Positions 30,403 to 40,158 of a DNA stretch of 64,000 nt are shown here, piece by piece (the first letter of the stretch is position 1; every line of letters begins with the position of its first letter). The DNA is from an uncultured Chloroflexia bacterium. Lineage in GTDB: Bacteria; Chloroflexota; Limnocylindria; Limnocylindrales; CSP1-4. The position numbers and the translations under genes were made by a program. The notes under the pieces are model-generated. The model saw only the letters and a program-made list of their open reading frames with translations. It did not search any database and was not told where the DNA came from. Location: NCBI GenBank assembly GCA_963697415.1, contig CAVONW010000003.1:1275373-1339372 (forward strand). The letters are read 5' to 3'.

Positions 30403-30852
30403 TCAGACCCGGTCCTCGAGGAGGTACGAGCCCGGGCCCTCCGATGCGGACACATCGTCCGCGTTGAGCAGGCGGCAGGTCCGCAGCGACAGGCAGCCGC
30501 AACCGATGCAATCGGTCAGCTCGTCGCGGAGCATCTCCATCGCCCGGATCCGCGCATCGAGCCTGGGGCGCCAGGCGCGGCTGAGCCGTGCCCAGTCGGT
30601 CTTGGCGGGCGCTCTGTCGAACGGCAGGTTGGCCAGCGCGCCCGCGATCTCATCGAGCGTGAGCCCCACGCGCTGGGCCGCGCGGATGAACGCTACCCGG
30701 CGCAGGGTGAAGCGCGTGTAGCGTCGCTGGTTGCCCTCGCTGCGGCTCGCCTGGATCAAGCCCCTGGTCTCGTAGAAACGAAGCGCCGACGTCGATACGC
30801 CACTGCGCGCGGCGAGGTCGCCAATCGGGAGCTGGTCGGGCAGCAGCGGCAT
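30403..30852 (-). CDS. soxR: Redox-sensitive transcriptional activator SoxR
   Basis: MerR HTH (SALRFYE..GLI...GNQRRY) and the [2Fe-2S] motif CIGCGCLSLRTC. Confidence 0.95.
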   Translation of the reverse strand: MPLLPDQLPIGDLAARSGVSTSALRFYETRGLIQASRSEGNQRRYTRFTLRRVAFIRAAQRVGLTLDEIAGALANLPFDRAPAKTDWARLSRAWRPRLDARIRAMEMLRDELTDCIGCGCLSLRTCRLLNADDVSASEGPGSYLLEDRV

Positions 30853-30877
30853 GCGTCAATGATCTCGAATTCGCCCC

Positions 30878-30908
30878 TTGACTTCAAGTGCACTTGAGGT
30901 CATAGGGT
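30878..30908 (+). promoter_or_regulatory. SoxR-dependent promoter with SoxR box
   Basis: TTGACT-19bp-TAGGGT with dyad ACTTCAAGTGCACTTGAGGT (30881..30900). Confidence 0.88.
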
Positions 30909-30957
30909 TTTGCGAGAGCGGCGCCGGATGGCGCCCGCCAGGAGGGAGCACTCGACT

Positions 30958-32337
30958 ATGCTGGCTGACGAGATGGTGCGCAACGCCGAGGGGTTCGACC
31001 GCGCGTTTCGAGGCCAGGTGCTCGCACCCGGCGATCGCGACTACGACCACGCCCGCCGGGTCCACAACGCGGCGGCTGACCGGCATCCCGCCCTCATCGT
31101 CCGGCCGATCGACGCGGGGGATGTGGCGCTCGTGATCGCCCACGCTCGCCGGACGGGCCTGCCCCTGGTCGTGCGGGCCGGCGGCCACAGCATGGCCAAC
31201 CACAGCACGGGCGACGGGGCGCTGGTCCTGGACCTGTCGGCCATGCGTGGCATCGAGATCGACGCCGCCGCTCAAGCCGCATGGGCCGATGCGGGCATCC
31301 TGGCCGGCGAGTACACGGCCGCCACCCACGAGCAGGGCTACGTCACGCCCTTCGGCGACACAGGATCCGTCGGCGTTGCCGGGATCACGCTCGGTGGCGG
31401 GGTTGGCTGGCTGGCACGCAAGCACGGGATGACGATCGACAGCCTGCTCGCGGTCGAGATCGTCACCGCGGACGGCCGGCTGAGGACCGCGAGCGCCGAC
31501 GAGGAGCCGGACCTGTTCTGGGCCATTCGTGGTGCCGGGGCGAACTTCGGCGTGGTCACGCGCCTGCAGTTCCGGCTCCACCCGCTGGTCAACGTCCTCG
31601 CGGGCGACATCGTCCTGCCGGCCACGCGCGAGGTGCTTCGCAACATGATCCCCGCCCTGCTCGCCGCCCCCGACGAGCTGACCGCGATGCCCAACGTCAT
31701 GCTCGGGCCGGACGACCCGGCGATCCCCGACGAGCATCGCGGACGCCCGGTCGTCTACCTGTCCCTCGTGTGGTCCGGCTCGCAGGACGCAGGGGAGCAG
31801 GCGCTGGCGCCGCTGCGTGCCCTCGGGTCACCGATCAACGACACCGTGACCTGGAAGCCGTACACGGACCTGTTCTACCCGGTCGATCGCGACCAGGTGG
31901 GGACCTGGGGAGTCTCCAGCCGCGCCCTGTTCGTCGACGCTCTCGATGACGCGACGATCGAGGTGATCCTGCGCCGGCTCGCGCACCCCAGCGCGCCGGA
32001 GGCGCTGGTGCAGGTGCGCGTGTTCGGCGGCGAGATGGCGCGGGTCCCGGGCGACGCAACGGCGTTCAGGTGGCGCGATCGACCCGCCATCCTGTGGCTG
32101 ATCACGCCGTACGAGGATCTCAGTCGGGCCGCGGAGCACGATGCCTGGACGGCGGCCTTCCTCGCCGAGCTGCCCACCAGCGACGCGACGACCTACGTCA
32201 ACTTCATGGGCGACGAGGGCGCCGAAGCCGTGCGCGGCGCCTACCCTGCGCCCACGTACGCCCGATTGCGCCAGCTGAAGCTGCGGTACGACCCGGACAA
32301 CCTCTTCCGCTCCAACCACAACATCGCACCGGGGTGA
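30958..32337 (+). CDS. FAD-linked oxidase (FAD_binding_4 + BBE domain)
   Basis: RAGGHS, GVAGITLGGG, LFWAIRG.G.NFG, YVNF, KLRYDPDNLF. Confidence 0.92.
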   Translation: MLADEMVRNAEGFDRAFRGQVLAPGDRDYDHARRVHNAAADRHPALIVRPIDAGDVALVIAHARRTGLPLVVRAGGHSMANHSTGDGALVLDLSAMRGIEIDAAAQAAWADAGILAGEYTAATHEQGYVTPFGDTGSVGVAGITLGGGVGWLARKHGMTIDSLLAVEIVTADGRLRTASADEEPDLFWAIRGAGANFGVVTRLQFRLHPLVNVLAGDIVLPATREVLRNMIPALLAAPDELTAMPNVMLGPDDPAIPDEHRGRPVVYLSLVWSGSQDAGEQALAPLRALGSPINDTVTWKPYTDLFYPVDRDQVGTWGVSSRALFVDALDDATIEVILRRLAHPSAPEALVQVRVFGGEMARVPGDATAFRWRDRPAILWLITPYEDLSRAAEHDAWTAAFLAELPTSDATTYVNFMGDEGAEAVRGAYPAPTYARLRQLKLRYDPDNLFRSNHNIAPG

Positions 32338-32361
32338 CCCCGGGCTCCAGGAATCCGGGCG

Positions 32362-32727
32362 CTACTTTCGTGAGCGTGCCGCCTCCTCTGCGAGCCGTGC
32401 CTTGACGAACCGCGTCACGAGGTCCGCCGGGAGAGGCGCCTCGACCGTGAACTGGATCGTGCCTCGCCCGGTCCGATACGCTCCGAGCTCCTCGATGAAC
32501 CTGTCCGTCGTCGCGATGCTTCCCGGGAAGAAGCTGCAGTGGTTCTTGAACCCGGCGTAGTGGACCAGGTTCCGCTTCCCGACCTTGAACGTCGGTACCC
32601 CGTAGGCGATGGTCTCGGTCGCTTCCGGGGCCGCGGCGCGGATCGTCTCGCGGAGTTCCTGCAGGACGCCCCGCTGCGGCTCCGGGAACTGCGCGAGGTA
32701 CTCGTCGTGGCTCTGCAACCTACCCAT
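32362..32727 (-). CDS. DUF1801/YdhG-like protein
   Basis: DEYLA...LRETIRAAAPEATETIAYGVPTF...GTIQF. Confidence 0.85.
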   Translation of the reverse strand: MGRLQSHDEYLAQFPEPQRGVLQELRETIRAAAPEATETIAYGVPTFKVGKRNLVHYAGFKNHCSFFPGSIATTDRFIEELGAYRTGRGTIQFTVEAPLPADLVTRFVKARLAEEAARSRK

Positions 32728-32801
32728 CAGGCCACGAATCCTGCCACACGGAGGACGGGTGGCGCTGATCTGGCCTGGACTGTGTGCTCTGATGACGGCA
32801 T

Positions 32802-32829
32802 GAGGCCCGCCTCTCGCGAGACGGGCCTC
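32802..32829 (-). terminator. GC-rich hairpin downstream of the DUF4242 gene
   Basis: GAGGCCCG...CGGGCCTC. Confidence 0.5.
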
Positions 32830-32864
32830 CTTCTTCTTCTCGAGTCTCGTGCAATCAGATCAAG

Positions 32865-33116
32865 TCAGGCGACTTCGACAGGGATCTCGTAGACCTCTGC
32901 CGTGGGGTGGCCGGCGCGCTCATGGACGCGCATCAGCGCTTCCTTGCTCGGTCCGGTCGACAGACAGAAGACCTTGCCGCTCTCCGGATCGAGCCAGGCG
33001 CGCTCGAAGTGCATGCCTTCTTCGACCTCGATCGCCAGGTCGCGCTCGTGCGCTTCCTTGAGTTGCTGGGCCGTCACCCCGACGAACCCGGAGTGGACGT
33101 CCATGAACCTCGCCAT
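32865..33116 (-). CDS. DUF4242 (SCO4226-like) small protein
   Basis: MARFMDVH...AHERDL...GKVFCLSTGP...VHERAGHP. Confidence 0.85.
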   Translation of the reverse strand: MARFMDVHSGFVGVTAQQLKEAHERDLAIEVEEGMHFERAWLDPESGKVFCLSTGPSKEALMRVHERAGHPTAEVYEIPVEVA

Positions 33117-33295
33117 TCGCATCCTCCGTGCCTTTGGGGCCCGCACCGGACCCGTTGTCCCGAAGACTCTTCCGATGGTCGTGACGCGTCATCGGTCTTG
33201 CGGCCGAGGCGCATTCGGATGTCGTCGGCGATTCACTGGCCGGCATAGGTCGTTCGACCGATGCCGGGCTGGACAGTGGGCCTAGACTCCTGACC

Positions 33296-36190
33296 ATGAC
33301 GCGACTGGGCCCCCTCCTCTCGCCGATCCTCGTCGGCCGCGACGACCTGCTCGATCAGGCCGAGCGCCGCATCGCCGAGGCTGCCCAGGGTCGCGGCCAG
33401 TTCCTGCTGCTCGCCGGCGAGGCCGGCATCGGGAAGTCCCGCTTGATCTCGGCGATCGAGCGCAAGGCGATCGCCACCGGGTTTCGGGCGAGCGAGGGGC
33501 TCGTCGCCCCGCAGGACCGTGACGTCCCGGGCGCGTCCCTCCTCGACCTCGCACGGACGATGGTCCGGATGCCCGGCTTCGACGACCTTGGGCGGCAACT
33601 CCTCGAGCTCGCGACGGAGACGTTCGAGGCGAGCGCTCCGCGCCGCCGGACCCTGGTCCTCCGGGCCGTCGACCTGATCGTCGGGGCGACCGACCGGCCG
33701 CTGATGCTCTCGTTCGACGACCTCCAGTGGGCCGACGACCTGAGCCTCGAGATCCTTGCCGAACTCGCGCGCGCGACGCGCGAGCGCCCGCTCTTCCTCG
33801 TGGGCGCCTATCGAACAGACGAGTTGGCCCCGGCGTCAATCCTTCGGCCGTGGCGTGCGCGGCTCCTCTCCCAGCGGATGGCGGTGGAGGCGCGACTCGC
33901 GCCGCTGACGCACGACGAGACGGCGCTGATGACGACGGTGATCCTCGGGACCGGATTGCCGGCGCATCGAGCGGTGGTCGAGGCGGTCTACGATCGAACG
34001 GACGGCGTGCCGCTCCACATCGAGGAGCTGCTCGGCGCCCTGGACGAGTCGCAGCGGACAGACAGCACCGCCATCCTCGAGGCGGCCGTCCCGGAGACGC
34101 TCGGTGACGCGGTCCTCCAGCGGATCGCCCGGCTGTCGCCCGAGGCGCAGGAGGTGGCCCGGTCGGGCGCCGTCATCGGACGGTGTTTCGTGCCCGAGGT
34201 GCTGGCCGGCATCATGGATGCCCCGGTCGACGCCCTGACCGCACCGCTCCGCGAACTGATCGAGCATGACTTCCTCGAGCGGCCGGGGTCGCGGGGGCTC
34301 TATGACTTCCGCCACCAGGTGCTGCGCGACACGCTCTACCGGACGCTGGCGGAGGCCGATCTCCGGCGCCTGCACGCCAGGGCGGCAGAGTTCGGGATGC
34401 AGCTCGACGGCCAGTCGGAGGTCCACGCGTCGCTCCACTACGAGCGGGCCGGGATGCGCTCTCAGGCGTTCCGCTCTGCCCTGGCCGGCGCCCGTGCGGC
34501 CGCGAGAGTGATTGCCCACCAGGAGGCGTTCGGCCTCTACCGTCGGGCGATCAACAACCTGCCCTCAGACCTCCCGCCAGACGAGACGATCGGCATCTAC
34601 CGCGAGGCGATGGCGGAGGCAGGCGCCCGCGAACAGATCGACGCCTGGCGCCGGTGGGCGTTCACCGCGCGCGATCTCGCCCTGGCAACGGGCGACCGGG
34701 TTCGTGCCGCCGCGATCCTGCCCGATCTCCTCGGGATCGAACGGCGGAACGCGGGTTCCCTCACGAAGCGGTTCGAGATGATCGACGCCGCCCTCACCGA
34801 GCTCGACCAGTTGCCGGCGCACGAGGAGGTCCGCTCGATCCGATCGAACATCCTGCTGACCCGGGCCCTTGCGGCCCACGAGGCCGGCGACCTGCGGCTG
34901 GCGCGCGAGGCGCTTGCCGCCGCGCGCACCGAAGCTGGTGCGCTGGACGACCCCGACCTCACGCTCACGATCGACTCGTTCGACGGGCAGATCGCGATGT
35001 CCGAGGGCCGGATCGCCGAGGGACTCGCGACAATGGAGGCCGCCGCCGAGGTCGCTCGTGAGCGGGCCCTCGACGAGACCAGCATCACGAACTTCCGTCT
35101 CGGCGCGACCGCGGCGATCGGCATCCTCGACTATCGGCAGGCGGCGACATGGATCGGCGAGGGGATCGCGTATGCCGACTCGATCGAGCAGTCGTATTGC
35201 TCCTACATCATGCGCGCGGTCGGCGGCCTGGTCGCGTGGGGCGACGGCCGATGGGACGATGCTGTCGGCGAAGCCGCGCAAGCGATGATGGCGAAGGGGA
35301 GCTTCCGCGCCGCCGCGATGGCGCGCTGGCCGCTCGCCTACGTCGCGCTCGGGCGCGGGGACCTCCCAGAGGCGCGCCGGCAACTCACTGCGGCCCATGC
35401 GTTCGCCGAGGCGTACGGTGCCCCCGACTTCCAACTCGCCGCCGCCTGGGGGACGATCGAGGTCGCGCTCCTGTCAGGTGAGGCCGGGGCCGCGATCGAC
35501 GCCTCCGAAGCCGCCCTGGCGCTGGCGGAGCAGGTGGGGGAGCGCGGTCAATTCGCTCCAATCGCCCTGTCGGGCGCGCGTGCGCTGCTCGCCGCCGGTC
35601 GCCCCGCCGACGCTGCGCGCTGGGTCGACCGTTGCGCCGCCTTCCTTGGTCCCGTGGAGTGGCTGGCGTTCCCTGTCATTGACCACGCCCGCGGGCTGGT
35701 CGCGGCCTCGGACGGCTCGGTCGGGGTCGCGAGATCCTCGTTTGAGCGAGCGATCGCGGGCTGGCAGGCGAAGGGCCGGATCTGGGAGGAGCTGTGGGCG
35801 CGCCTCGACCTGGCCGGCAGCCTCGTGCGCTCGGGTCGCATGATCGAGGCGCCGGCGCTCATCGCCGATGTCCGCGAGGCCGCCATGCGCCTGGGCAGCC
35901 GGCCGCTCGTGGATCGCGCGGATGCGCTCGCGAGGCAGACGCGCGGCCGCGTCTCCGAGGAGGTGCCGTGGCATCCACTGACCGCGCGGGAGCTGGAGGT
36001 CGCCCGCTTGATCGCCGCCGGTGGCACGAACGGGGAGATCGCCACTGAACTCGGGATCGCCCCGAAGACCGCGAGCGCGCACGTGGAGCACATCCTCGCG
36101 AAGCTCGGTGCGTCACGCCGGACGGAGATCGCGTCCTGGGTTGCCACGATCCCGTCGGCCGCGGCGAGCGTCGGGATCCTCAGCCGCTAG
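33296..36190 (+). CDS. AAA ATPase-TPR-LuxR transcriptional regulator (LAL/MalT-like)
   Basis: GEAGIGKS, FDDLQWAD, TDGVPL, C-terminal LTARELEVA...HVEHILAKLG. Confidence 0.92.
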   Translation: MTRLGPLLSPILVGRDDLLDQAERRIAEAAQGRGQFLLLAGEAGIGKSRLISAIERKAIATGFRASEGLVAPQDRDVPGASLLDLARTMVRMPGFDDLGRQLLELATETFEASAPRRRTLVLRAVDLIVGATDRPLMLSFDDLQWADDLSLEILAELARATRERPLFLVGAYRTDELAPASILRPWRARLLSQRMAVEARLAPLTHDETALMTTVILGTGLPAHRAVVEAVYDRTDGVPLHIEELLGALDESQRTDSTAILEAAVPETLGDAVLQRIARLSPEAQEVARSGAVIGRCFVPEVLAGIMDAPVDALTAPLRELIEHDFLERPGSRGLYDFRHQVLRDTLYRTLAEADLRRLHARAAEFGMQLDGQSEVHASLHYERAGMRSQAFRSALAGARAAARVIAHQEAFGLYRRAINNLPSDLPPDETIGIYREAMAEAGAREQIDAWRRWAFTARDLALATGDRVRAAAILPDLLGIERRNAGSLTKRFEMIDAALTELDQLPAHEEVRSIRSNILLTRALAAHEAGDLRLAREALAAARTEAGALDDPDLTLTIDSFDGQIAMSEGRIAEGLATMEAAAEVARERALDETSITNFRLGATAAIGILDYRQAATWIGEGIAYADSIEQSYCSYIMRAVGGLVAWGDGRWDDAVGEAAQAMMAKGSFRAAAMARWPLAYVALGRGDLPEARRQLTAAHAFAEAYGAPDFQLAAAWGTIEVALLSGEAGAAIDASEAALALAEQVGERGQFAPIALSGARALLAAGRPADAARWVDRCAAFLGPVEWLAFPVIDHARGLVAASDGSVGVARSSFERAIAGWQAKGRIWEELWARLDLAGSLVRSGRMIEAPALIADVREAAMRLGSRPLVDRADALARQTRGRVSEEVPWHPLTARELEVARLIAAGGTNGEIATELGIAPKTASAHVEHILAKLGASRRTEIASWVATIPSAAASVGILSR

Positions 36191-37899
36191 ACGATCGCCC
36201 CGGCGGAGATGAGGTCGGCCCGCCAGCGGTCGACCATGTCCTTGTCCTGGTAGGGGTTCGAGTCCAGCCAATCCGAGACGTTGACGGTCGGGTATCGCTC
36301 GCGGATCAGGTCGGCCGTCGCCCGGGCTCGCCGGTCCAGCCCTTGTTCGACCTGGGCGGCCGCCAGCACGAGGAGCGCCTCCAGGTTGCGAGGTTGGTGT
36401 TCGAGGACCATCTCGGCCATCGCCGCTGCCTGCTCGACTCGCCCGCCCATGAACAGCGAGCATGCCTTGATCGTGGGGTACCAGGGCTTGTTGACCCCGG
36501 TCAGGCGCATCGCCTGGTCGGTCAGGTCGACCGCCTTCTCCCACTGACCCAGGTAGCGCCGGACGCTGCCCTGGAGGCCGAACGTGGCGTCGCACGTGGG
36601 CCGGAGGATCACCGCGTCCTCGATCAACGCCAGGGCCTCTTCTCCGCGACCCTGGGTCATCAGGATCGCGGCCTCGACCGTATTGGCCATGCCGGTCGGG
36701 TCACCCACGGCGAGCCCGGCTTGCGCCCCCTCGTGGGCCTTGCGCAGCTCCGCTTCGGCATCGCGCGCCCAGCCGGAGCTTGCGCCGGTCAACCTCGCAT
36801 AGGCCGACAGGACGTGTCCGAAGGGCTGGTCCGGATGCCTTCGGGCAACCTCGCCGAAGAGGTCCACGGCGCGCGACCATCCTTCGGGCGTCCCGGCCGA
36901 CAGGTGGTACCAGCCGAGATAGACCTTCTCGATCGCTTCCGGGTCAGCGAGGTCCGCGTACAGGCCGGCCGGTGCCCCGATGACCAGTTCGATCTCGATC
37001 GCTCGACCAACCTCGTCGGCGAAAGCGTCCGATCGCCCGAACAAGTCCGCCGAGGTCGCCGTCAACTTGTGCGACTTGACGATGTTCATGGTCGTGACAT
37101 CGATGACGTTCGCGTACACCCGTACGTTGTCGCCGGCCTGGTGGATCCCGGTTTCGATCATGTAGCGAGCCGTATCTCGAGGCCCCCCGCTCGAGGGCTC
37201 GGTCCTGGCATCGATCACTCGCATCTGCGGGACGCGAGCCAGGCGGTGGATCAGATCCGTCCGCAGAATGTCCGCCGTCGCTCGGACGGAGTCGTCGGTC
37301 CCCTCAGCGTGGATCGGGAGGACAGCGACGATCGGCGACTCCAGTGCCAGTGACCGCTGAGCAGGAGCGGAGGAGCCGTCGCCCGGCAGATCGGCGAATT
37401 CGTAGACCTCCACCTCCTCCGGGATGTTCTTCATCCGCTGTCGCCCGATGGGCCTGAACCGGAGGGCGGGTTCATCCAGGGCCTGGTAGACCCGACCAGA
37501 GACACTGATCCCCCCGGGGCGCGCGATGGCCTGGACACGCGCGGCGATGTTCAGGGCATCACCGAAGTACTCGTTGCCGGACACGGCGACCACGCCCTGG
37601 TCCAGGCCCATTCGGAAGCTCGTCCTGCGCGAGCTGGGACGGGTCGCATTCCTCGCCTCGATCTCGGTCGTGGTGGCGATCGCGGCCCGCATCGCGTCCA
37701 TCGCGTTGGCGAAGACCGCCATGAAGTTGTCGCCGACGAAGTTGACGAGCGTCCCGTCGTTCTTGCGCACATCGCGCTCGACGAGGTCCCGGTACTCGTC
37801 CATCGTCGCTGTCGTCGCCTCGAGGTCGTCGGCAATGAGCCGGCTGTAGCCGACAACATCGGCGTTGAGGGCCACCATCTCGGATCGCGTCTGGCTCAA
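36187..37899 (-). CDS. Class III nucleotidyl cyclase with TolB-N-like and TPR domains
   Basis: ADVVGYS, FVGD, FRMGL, GDALNIAAR, MKNI, IVAVLP, helical C-terminus; TTG start inferred from GGAGG. Confidence 0.85.
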   Translation of the reverse strand: MSQTRSEMVALNADVVGYSRLIADDLEATTATMDEYRDLVERDVRKNDGTLVNFVGDNFMAVFANAMDAMRAAIATTTEIEARNATRPSSRRTSFRMGLDQGVVAVSGNEYFGDALNIAARVQAIARPGGISVSGRVYQALDEPALRFRPIGRQRMKNIPEEVEVYEFADLPGDGSSAPAQRSLALESPIVAVLPIHAEGTDDSVRATADILRTDLIHRLARVPQMRVIDARTEPSSGGPRDTARYMIETGIHQAGDNVRVYANVIDVTTMNIVKSHKLTATSADLFGRSDAFADEVGRAIEIELVIGAPAGLYADLADPEAIEKVYLGWYHLSAGTPEGWSRAVDLFGEVARRHPDQPFGHVLSAYARLTGASSGWARDAEAELRKAHEGAQAGLAVGDPTGMANTVEAAILMTQGRGEEALALIEDAVILRPTCDATFGLQGSVRRYLGQWEKAVDLTDQAMRLTGVNKPWYPTIKACSLFMGGRVEQAAAMAEMVLEHQPRNLEALLVLAAAQVEQGLDRRARATADLIRERYPTVNVSDWLDSNPYQDKDMVDRWRADLISAGAIV

Positions 37900-38064
37900 C
37901 GTCCTGCTCTTCCTCCATCGAGATCGGCCACCCGCGGGTAGGCCGTGACCGGCGGACCCCCTCGCGAGCCCGCGCCATCGACCGCCGGGTCTGCCGATCC
38001 TACCGCAGGCCGGATCAGCCGGCGATGCCGCGACCATCTGGCCTGTGGACCGACTGAGAGGTCC

Positions 38065-39378
38065 CTACCCGGCGGCGGCCGTCGCCAGCGCGTCCAGATA
38101 GGTGGAGATGGACGGGACCGCGCGCAGCCGCCGCTCGAAGTAGTCGTTTACGGCGCGGAGTGCCTCGTCCTTCACCGCGCCCACGTCCGCCGTCCGCCCG
38201 GCGGCCCCCCCGCCGGCCATGACGTTCGCGCGCACGGCCATTAGGCTCCGGACCATGTCCGCCTCCGCCGGGCCGTCCAGCGCCGCGACGGCGGACATGA
38301 TCAGCGTGTCCGCCTGGTGGACCAGGGTCTCGGTGTCGAAGACGGCGCCCGGCCGGTCGGCCTCGTCGAGGGTCCGGACCAGCGCGGCGACCTGGTACAG
38401 GACCGTGGTCGGCTCGTCGAACAGCTCGCGCAGGTAGGCGGCCTCGGCATACCGGCCGGTGAGGCGGAACACGTTGTACAGCCGACGCGCGACCTTGCCG
38501 AAGTTCGGATCCTTCACCGAGTACTTGACGACCTCGTGCTCGAGCTGGTCCACGTACTCGTCGACCGAATCGGCGGCCATCTCGCGGACGATCTTCGAGA
38601 ACACGGGGAGAGAATCGGCCTCGAGGTAGACCTCCTGGAAGTACGGGTCGATGAACCCGTCGAGCGCGGTGATCGACCCGTCCGGAGCCTCCCAGGTCAC
38701 ATCCAGCATGTTGCTGGCGTTGGCCAGCGCACGGCGCTGCGGATCCGCCACGATCCAGTCGAGCTTGCACCAACCCGGATCGGCCGATGCCTCGTCCCAG
38801 GTGATCTCTGCCGGCTGTCCGTCACGGACGACCGCGATCCGGCCGGCCACCACCTCATCCGCGCTCCAGGAGATCGGGCTGCCGGCCGCCATGGCTCGTC
38901 CGGCGCGTTCGCACGCGTACGGATAGTTGCCAAACTTGACTTCCCAGAGGCGAAACGTCGGACCAACGAGGCTGGCGAGGGCCTTCGTGCGCATCTCATC
39001 GGCCAGGATCGCGCAGGCTTCCGCGCGGGTGGGCGCTGCGATGTGCACCCGCTCGAAGAAGTCGCAGTCTCCAGGGAACGAGTGGACCTTGCCCTGCGCG
39101 GCCGAACCCGACAGGGCCAGGGCGGTGCGCACCACCGGCGGTCGGTCCGGGAATCCGACGATCTCGCCGATCGCCCGGAAACGCGCGAGATCGCGCGGCG
39201 TGAAGTCGAGCATGGAGACCCGGTGGCCGTAGATGCCGCTGTTCACGTCCACCACGACGTCGCCACCCAGCGACTCCGTCTCGAGGGCGGCCACCCAATG
39301 CGCCGCCTCGACCTCGTCCAGCTCGACGCCCAGCCGTCGTGCGGACTCGATAACGCCGTCCAGTGCAGATCGTTCCAT
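38065..39378 (-). CDS. Uncharacterised 437-aa putative Pol-beta-superfamily nucleotidyltransferase, copy 1
   Basis: hGS motif (LSGS), DxD (PGDCDFFE), candidate third Asp (WCKLDWIV), helical C-terminal region. Confidence 0.65.
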   Translation of the reverse strand: MERSALDGVIESARRLGVELDEVEAAHWVAALETESLGGDVVVDVNSGIYGHRVSMLDFTPRDLARFRAIGEIVGFPDRPPVVRTALALSGSAAQGKVHSFPGDCDFFERVHIAAPTRAEACAILADEMRTKALASLVGPTFRLWEVKFGNYPYACERAGRAMAAGSPISWSADEVVAGRIAVVRDGQPAEITWDEASADPGWCKLDWIVADPQRRALANASNMLDVTWEAPDGSITALDGFIDPYFQEVYLEADSLPVFSKIVREMAADSVDEYVDQLEHEVVKYSVKDPNFGKVARRLYNVFRLTGRYAEAAYLRELFDEPTTVLYQVAALVRTLDEADRPGAVFDTETLVHQADTLIMSAVAALDGPAEADMVRSLMAVRANVMAGGGAAGRTADVGAVKDEALRAVNDYFERRLRAVPSISTYLDALATAAAG

Positions 39379-39482
39379 CGTCCTCGATGCCCCTCGGGTC
39401 GGCGGACACCCGGCTCCGCCTGTCGTTCGCTAGTATCGGCCGACGTGCCGTCGCCGGTTCAGCCCGCGCCGCAAGGAGTGTC

Positions 39483-40031
39483 GTGACCGCCGAGACCTGG
39501 ATCAGCGTGGACGTCGAAACGTCCGGTCCCACTCCCGCGACCGGGAGTCTGCTCGCGATCGGCGCGTGCCTGGTCCATCGCCCGGAAGAGGGGATCGAGC
39601 TGCTGCTGCGCCCGGACCCGGAGCTGCCGTGGGAGACGGACGCCGAGGCGATCCACGGCCTCCGTCGCGACGACCTGCTGCGTGACGGCCTCGCTCCCGC
39701 GACGGCGCTGGCCGCCCTCGAGGACTGGCTCGGGCGGATGGTCCCGCCGGACTCCCGGCCCGTCTTCGTCGCGCTCAACGCTCCGTTCGACTGGATGTTC
39801 GTGGCCGATGCGGCCTGGCGTCACCTCGGACGCAACCCGTTCGGGCCCAGTGCGCTCGACCTCAAGGCGCTGTACATGGGTCGGCACCTGGGGGAGGTCG
39901 CACACTGGAGCGACACGTCCCGCCTCCGGATTCTCGATCGCTATCCCGTCGTTCTTCCGCACACCCATCGCGCCCTCGACGACGCGCGCGAGCAGGCGGC
40001 CATCTGTCGGGCCCTGCTGACCGGAGCCTGA
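39483..40031 (+). CDS. DEDDh 3'-5' exonuclease (Cap18-like), copy 1
   Basis: ExoI SVDVETSGP, ExoII NAPFDW, ExoIII HRALDDA; AAGGAG RBS. Confidence 0.85.
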   Translation: MTAETWISVDVETSGPTPATGSLLAIGACLVHRPEEGIELLLRPDPELPWETDAEAIHGLRRDDLLRDGLAPATALAALEDWLGRMVPPDSRPVFVALNAPFDWMFVADAAWRHLGRNPFGPSALDLKALYMGRHLGEVAHWSDTSRLRILDRYPVVLPHTHRALDDAREQAAICRALLTGA

Positions 40032-40098
40032 CCGCCTCACCTTGACCCGATCCTGGCTGGGCGCTGGAGCGAGCCTCGACGCCGAGCGCCCGTGCGCG

Positions 40099-40158
40099 GG
40101 AGCAGGCACTTGCCGCCGTGATCGACGTGGAGCAGGCACTGGCCGCCGTGATCGACGT
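40099..40158 (+). repeat. 2 x 30-bp tandem repeat
   Basis: GGAGCAGGCACT[T/G]GCCGCCGTGATCGACGT twice. Confidence 0.85.
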
